This document shows, piece by piece, positions 7,357 to 13,079 of a stretch of DNA of 13,079 bases. Under the pieces are notes generated by a model. The model did not search any database. It saw only the letters and a program-made list of their open reading frames with translations, and had not been told where the DNA came from. The number at the start of each line of letters is the position of its first letter. Position 1 is the first letter of the stretch. The stretch covers positions 1-13,079 of the forward strand of contig JAPSGB010000069.1 of NCBI GenBank assembly GCA_035063585.1, in the 5' to 3' direction. Origin of the DNA: Polyangiaceae bacterium. Its GTDB lineage: Bacteria; Myxococcota_A; Polyangia; Polyangiales; Polyangiaceae. Position numbers and translations under genes: made by a program.

Positions 7357-7377
7357 ACGCCCGAGGCGAGCGGCGAC

Positions 7378-8739
<1,362 letters not shown>

Positions 8740-8921
8740 TTAGCGCAAAGCGTCAAACAGAGAAAGGCGCGCCCTCGAAATTGTCCACCGGGCCGGCGCT
8801 CCGCGCCCCGCGGGAGCCCCGGGGCCGCGCGGGGCGGCGCGCCGAGCCTCCGGCCGCTCGAGGCGGGAGACACGACATCGGCTTGCGTACGCGCCGGCTC
8901 TTGGTGTTGAATCCCCGGGGA

Positions 8922-9356
8922 GTGACGAGGGGGAACCATCGCCTGCTGGCCGAGCTCGGGGCGCCTCGGCATACCTTCCAAAGTGACCGGGTCCACTTGC
9001 GGATCTGGTTTCCGAACGACGCGCTCGTGGTGCAGCGGCTCGAGGGCCACGCCGATCTGGAGGTCATCAGCGTCATGCTCCGGCACCTCGACGACCAGCT
9101 GGCGAGAGGAACCAAGCTCGCCATCTTCGACGACTTCGAGGAGCTCGTGAGCTACGACAGCGACGCCCGGATAGCGATCACGGACTGGGCCAAGGAGCAC
9201 CTGCCGGCGCTCTCCACCATGGCCATCCTCACCCGCTCCAAGCTCGTGAGCATGGGCACCGCGGTGGCGAACCTCGCGCTCGGCGGGCGGCTCCGCGCCT
9301 ACACGAACCGCGCGCGGTTCGAGGCCGCGCTCGCCGCCGAGCTCCGCCGCGACTGA
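8922..9356 (+). CDS. STAS/SEC14 (SpoIIAA-like) domain protein; start uncertain (8901-8922)
   Basis: LVVQRLEGHAD...AIFDDFEELVSYDSDARIAITDW...MAILTRSKLVSMGTAVANLALGG..AYTNRARFEAAL resembles the myxobacterial SpoIIAA-like family. Codons are strongly GC3-biased. Confidence 0.75.
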   Translation: MTRGNHRLLAELGAPRHTFQSDRVHLRIWFPNDALVVQRLEGHADLEVISVMLRHLDDQLARGTKLAIFDDFEELVSYDSDARIAITDWAKEHLPALSTMAILTRSKLVSMGTAVANLALGGRLRAYTNRARFEAALAAELRRD

Positions 9357-9388
9357 CCGAGGGCGCGCCCCGCTTCGGGCGCGCTCGG
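9357..9388 (+). terminator. GC-rich hairpin directly after the stop codon (no U-tract)
   Basis: CCGAG(G)GCGCGCCC-CGCTTC-GGGCGCGCTCGG. Confidence 0.4.
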
Positions 9389-9411
9389 CGCGCCTTCGCC
9401 GGCTCGCTCGC

Positions 9412-9504
9412 GACGGACCCGCGCGGGTCGCGGCGATTCCCTCAGGACGGACCCGCGCGGGTCGCGCGGGTCGCGGCGCTCCCCTCAGGACGGACCCGCG
9501 GCGA
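9412..9504. repeat. Short palindromic repeat cluster (GACGGACCCGCGCGGGTCGCGGCG..CCCTCAG), about 2.5 copies
   Basis: The perfect 14-bp palindrome GACCCGCGCGGGTC occurs at 9416 and 9450, with a partial third copy near 9489-9504. Confidence 0.8.
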
Positions 9505-9536
9505 CTGGCGGCGGCTGACGGCGGCGGGCGCGCGAT

Positions 9537-9809
9537 GAACGCGTCACGGATCGGGCTTCTCTATCTCACAACCCCGTTTCGTGACGCGTCTCGCCCACCA
9601 ACGCGGCGAGCGCCGCCCTCCGTCGCGTCACGAATCGGCCTTCTCTACCTCACAACCCCGTTTCGTGACGCGTCTCGCCCACCAACGCGGCGAGCGCCGC
9701 CCTCCGTCGCGTCACGAATCGGCCTTCTCTATCTCACAACCCCGTTTCGTGACGCGTCTCGTCCACCAACGCCGCGAGCGCCGCCCTCCGTCGCGTCACG
9801 AATCGGCCT
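9537..9809. repeat. Palindromic tandem array 2, 84-bp unit, about 3.2 copies
   Basis: CGCGTCACG at 9540, 9624, 9708 and 9792. The core is CGCGTCACGAATC-23 nt-GTTTCGTGACGCG. It lies between convergent genes. Confidence 0.97.
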
Positions 9810-9898
9810 CGCCCTCGCGTCCTCGTACGCGAGCACCTCGGCTCACCCGAGCGCGGGTAAAGCAGACTCGGGAGCCCCTCGGAGACGGGGCGCGTCCC

Positions 9899-12631
9899 TC
9901 AACTCCCGCTCACGACCTCGAAGCTCGCTTGCCGGTTCGGCCCGGAATCGAGCTGGAAGGTCACGCTCTCCGCGCCGGGCGCGACGGTCACCGCCTCGCC
10001 GTCGAACGTCGCGCTCGTGATCCCCGCCACGCGCACGGTGAGCGTGCGCGCGCTCTCGCCGCTCGGGCGATAGACGCCCGAGAGCGTCGCGCCACGCTGC
10101 GAGAGCTCGAGCAAACGGCTGCGGAGCGAGAAGCGACGGCCCGGGACCCGGGGCGCGACGTCGAGGCCGGTCGCGGTCGCCTCGACGCCGGCGACCCGCA
10201 GCGCTGCGAGGATCGGCATCGCGTGCGCGTTGTTGTTCTGGACCGGGAAGTCCGTCATCGGTGTGACCTGGCTCTTCCAGGTCAGCCCATTCGTCGACGA
10301 GAGGCCGTCGGGCCCGCTCCAGATGCCGTACCAGACGTCGGGAAACGCTCGCGCGTGGGCAGCCAGCGTGTTGCGGGCGAAATGGGCCCAGGCGCGCTCG
10401 GGCTCCGAGAGCGCGTAGCCCCAGGTCAAGAGCCCGCTGATCGCCGGCCAGACCTCGCCGCCGGCGACGAGCGGCGCGCCGGTCGGCGACGGGTCGTCGA
10501 GCTGCTCGGCGATCGCCGCGACCAGCTTCGCTCGCTGCTCGGGCGCCGTGAAGGTGTCGCCGATGAGCGCCCAGATCTGCGCCTCGAGGTTGAGCTTCGA
10601 GTCATCGACCGGCCTTCCGTCACCGAAATACGCGCGATAAAAGAAGGTGCCGCCATACGCGCTCGCGGCGAGCGCCGCGCGGTAGCCGGTGACCGCCGCG
10701 CGCAGCTCGCCCGCGAGGGTAGGCTCGCTCGGCTGGATGATGTCGGCCAGGCGCGGGTACACCGCGACCGCCATCGCAGTGTTCGGTACGCTCTCCCCCT
10801 TCTCGGTAGCGAGCGCGCGGTCCGGCGCGCTCACCGTGATGCCGTCGCTCCAGTCGCCGCTCTGCAGGCGGATGAGACCGTGCTCGCCGGTGCCCACGTC
10901 GTCGAGCTGGTGGCGGAGCGCCTTCACGACGTGATCCCGAACCGTCGCCTTCGGCACCGACTCACGCGGCCAGAACGGCGCGGGCTCGTCGAGAAACGCG
11001 ACGTCCCCGGTCGCTCCGATGTACTCGCCGAGGGCCCAGGCGAAGAAAATCGAGAGATCGCTCGGATCCTTGTGCAGCCCGGCATCGTCGAGCACGCCGT
11101 GGCCCTGGAACGCGTACGAGAAGTGGCCGTCGCCCGGGTACTGCATGCCCATCATCAGGCGCAGCTCCTCCTTGGCGAGCTCCGGGTCGGTGTAGACGAG
11201 CGGCACCGCGAAGAGCGCGAGGTCGCGCGTCGCGCCGTCGGCGCCGTGGAGGTATAAGTACGCGGAGCCCTGCGGCACGACGTGACCTTTCCAGTAGTCG
11301 CGCGAGCCGACCGACGCCTCGAGCTGGGAGCTGTGCCAGGCGAGCTCGCGATGCAGGAATGGCTCCTGATCCGCGCCGAACAGGAACCAGCGCTGCTTCA
11401 GGAACGCCGCGTAGTCCGCGCGGACGTCGTAGGCCTGGTCGCGCCACTTCTCGTCGAGCTCGAACGGCTCGCCGTGCCGGGCGTAGCCGTAGGCGAAGCG
11501 CAGCGTCTGCATTTCGCCGGGCGCGAGCGTGACGTCGCTCCGGAGCACGAACATCCGCGGCTGACCCTGGCCGTTCGTCGACGCCTCGAACGAGCTCTGC
11601 CCCTCGGCGCGCCGAGCGACCGCTTCGGGGGATACCGCGCCGCCACGACCAAAGAAGGAGGCTTGATCGGTGTAGACGCCGCTCACCGTGCCGACGAGCT
11701 CGGCTAGAAACGGCTCGCTCGGGTAGTAGTCGACCGGGTCGGGAGCGCTCGGGTCCGGTCGCGGGTCGCTGGCGACGTAGGCGCGGCGCAGGCCGAGTCG
11801 CTGCGCGCTCCCGTCCCAGCTCACCTGCTCGTCGAACATGGCGTTGCGCGCGTCCCGCTTCGCCGCCGCGAAGGCCGGCGCGCCCTTGAAGGTGTCGCCG
11901 GAAACCAGCCAGTTGATCTCGATGGGGCGCCGCCCGACGTCCCAGTACTCATAGTAGCGGAGGCGCTTCACGGCGCCGGAGCGGTTCTCGAGCGTGACGT
12001 CGCTGAGCACCGCCGGCGCGTCGCCCGGCGGTGCGCTGGTCACGCGCGTGGCCTTGATGCCGCGGTGCTCGACGCTCGACTCCGCGTAGCCCATGCCGTA
12101 GCGGCGAGTGGTGGGCGAGGGACGCGGGCGCCACTGGTAAGCCGTGGACCAGCTCTCCGAGCCGTCGTCGATCCAGCCGAGCCCCCCGGCGAAGTTGCCC
12201 TGCGCCGCGTCGTACTTGTTCAGGTACTCGACGCCGCGATCCTGATCGGTGACCTCGATGTAGCCGTCGTTGTACGCCATCGCGTTCACGCGCCGATTGC
12301 CGAACGCGGCCCAGTGATCGCGTCGATCGAGCGGGTTGCCTTCGGCGTCGGTCTCGGTCACCGGGAACGCCGCGCGCGAGTCGGCGTTCTCATCGAGCTT
12401 CTCGTCGTAGGCGGGCAGGCCCTGCTCGTCGACCACCCACTGCCCGAAGGAGCCGCTGCCGGTCGTGCACGACGAGAAGCGGTCCAGCTGATCCAGATCG
12501 ATCGGGTCGCAACGCTCGCTCGCGGGGACCCACACGGGATCGTCGGCGTCGCGCGCCAGCACCCGCTCGGGGTCGCCCCCGCATCCGGGTGCGAGGAGCG
12601 CGCACATCGCGGCCGCGAGGACCCAGCGCAT
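9899..12631 (-). CDS. GH94-like (alpha/alpha)6-barrel glycoside phosphorylase/hydrolase lipoprotein (910 aa)
   Basis: Lipobox MRWVLAAAMCALLAPGC. The N-terminal region resembles a beta-sandwich (VTLENRSG..LRYYEYWD, VTLAPGE..LRF). It also has G..RD (GATRDL), GEHGLIRLQSGDWSDG and GESV..AM. Confidence 0.8.
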   Translation of the reverse strand: MRWVLAAAMCALLAPGCGGDPERVLARDADDPVWVPASERCDPIDLDQLDRFSSCTTGSGSFGQWVVDEQGLPAYDEKLDENADSRAAFPVTETDAEGNPLDRRDHWAAFGNRRVNAMAYNDGYIEVTDQDRGVEYLNKYDAAQGNFAGGLGWIDDGSESWSTAYQWRPRPSPTTRRYGMGYAESSVEHRGIKATRVTSAPPGDAPAVLSDVTLENRSGAVKRLRYYEYWDVGRRPIEINWLVSGDTFKGAPAFAAAKRDARNAMFDEQVSWDGSAQRLGLRRAYVASDPRPDPSAPDPVDYYPSEPFLAELVGTVSGVYTDQASFFGRGGAVSPEAVARRAEGQSSFEASTNGQGQPRMFVLRSDVTLAPGEMQTLRFAYGYARHGEPFELDEKWRDQAYDVRADYAAFLKQRWFLFGADQEPFLHRELAWHSSQLEASVGSRDYWKGHVVPQGSAYLYLHGADGATRDLALFAVPLVYTDPELAKEELRLMMGMQYPGDGHFSYAFQGHGVLDDAGLHKDPSDLSIFFAWALGEYIGATGDVAFLDEPAPFWPRESVPKATVRDHVVKALRHQLDDVGTGEHGLIRLQSGDWSDGITVSAPDRALATEKGESVPNTAMAVAVYPRLADIIQPSEPTLAGELRAAVTGYRAALAASAYGGTFFYRAYFGDGRPVDDSKLNLEAQIWALIGDTFTAPEQRAKLVAAIAEQLDDPSPTGAPLVAGGEVWPAISGLLTWGYALSEPERAWAHFARNTLAAHARAFPDVWYGIWSGPDGLSSTNGLTWKSQVTPMTDFPVQNNNAHAMPILAALRVAGVEATATGLDVAPRVPGRRFSLRSRLLELSQRGATLSGVYRPSGESARTLTVRVAGITSATFDGEAVTVAPGAESVTFQLDSGPNRQASFEVVSGS

Positions 12632-12779
12632 CGACCGATGATGTCACAAGACGACTCTCTCGCCGAATACGCTGGGCGGGCCCTACGCGTGCGGGAGCCG
12701 ATGCGAGCCGCGCCCAGGGGCCGGCTCATGGTCGAGCGCGGATGGCGGCGCGCGGGCGCTCACGGTATGGATCGCGCGT

Positions 12780-13079
12780 ATGGTCCGGAAGCTGGCCGCC
12801 CTGGTCGCCGTCGCTGCGAGCATCGCCGCGTGCGCGGAGCCCGGGGGCCTCGCGCCCACCGGGAGCGGCACGGGCGGTAGCGCGGCCGGCGGCGGGGCCG
12901 GCGGCTCCGGCGGCACCTCGGGAGCCGCCGGGGCGCCCGTGAGTGGCGGCTCGGGCGGCGCGTCGGGCAGCGGGGGTACGTCGGGGAGTGGCGGCTCGGG
13001 CGGCGCGTCGGGCAGCGGCGGCGCGTCGGGCAGCGGCGGCGCGTCGGGCAGCGGCGGCGCGTCGGGCAGCGGCGGCGCG
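12780..13079 (+). CDS. Secreted lipoprotein with Gly/Ser-rich linker; runs off the right edge
   Basis: My translation is MVRKLAALVAVAASIAAC (lipobox), then AEPGGLAPTGSGTGGS...(GGASGS)n, open to the window end. Confidence 0.75.
   Translation, partial: MVRKLAALVAVAASIAACAEPGGLAPTGSGTGGSAAGGGAGGSGGTSGAAGAPVSGGSGGASGSGGTSGSGGSGGASGSGGASGSGGASGSGGASGSGGA
12999..13079 (+). repeat. 18-bp coding tandem repeat GGCGGCGCGTCGGGCAGC (GGASGS)
   Basis: At least four consecutive copies to the edge, plus one copy near 12954. Confidence 0.9.

Noticed and set aside
9537..9809. CRISPR array or integron attC cassette array
   Set aside because: Units are nearly identical end to end, with no unique spacers, no gene cassettes and no integrase.
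12643..12650. GTCACAAG upstream of the GH94-like gene, matching the array 1 core centre
   Set aside because: Only 8 bp, without the inverted arms; compatible with chance.

Overview
Very GC-rich bacterial DNA. The Gly/Ser- and Cys-rich lipoproteins, FGE-domain protein and SpoIIAA-like protein suggest Myxococcota, probably Polyangiales (inference). Left to right: a partial FGE-sulfatase-domain lipoprotein (-), small tandem repeats, a 105/84-bp palindromic tandem array, and a translationally coupled pair of a DGQHR/DndB-family protein and a small protein with a ubiquitin-like-looking tail (-). Next come an NlpC/P60-like lipoprotein (-), a ROK/PpgK-like kinase (+), an SMR/SugE exporter (-), gdhA (-) and a STAS/SpoIIAA-like protein (+). 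The window ends with a second, 84-bp palindromic array, a GH94-like lipoprotein (-) and a partial Gly/Ser-rich lipoprotein (+). The most unusual signal is that the two arrays, about 7.4 kb apart and inverted, share one core: inverted arms around a 23-bp spacer with TCACAA at the same offset. Their periods are multiples of 21 bp, and most unit-to-unit changes fall on third codon positions of one reading frame (ASRIxxxxxTxxFRDA). The larger array lies just downstream of the orphan DGQHR operon, inside an ORF joined to its neighbours by ATGA/GTGA overlaps. Any functional link between these elements is a hypothesis.
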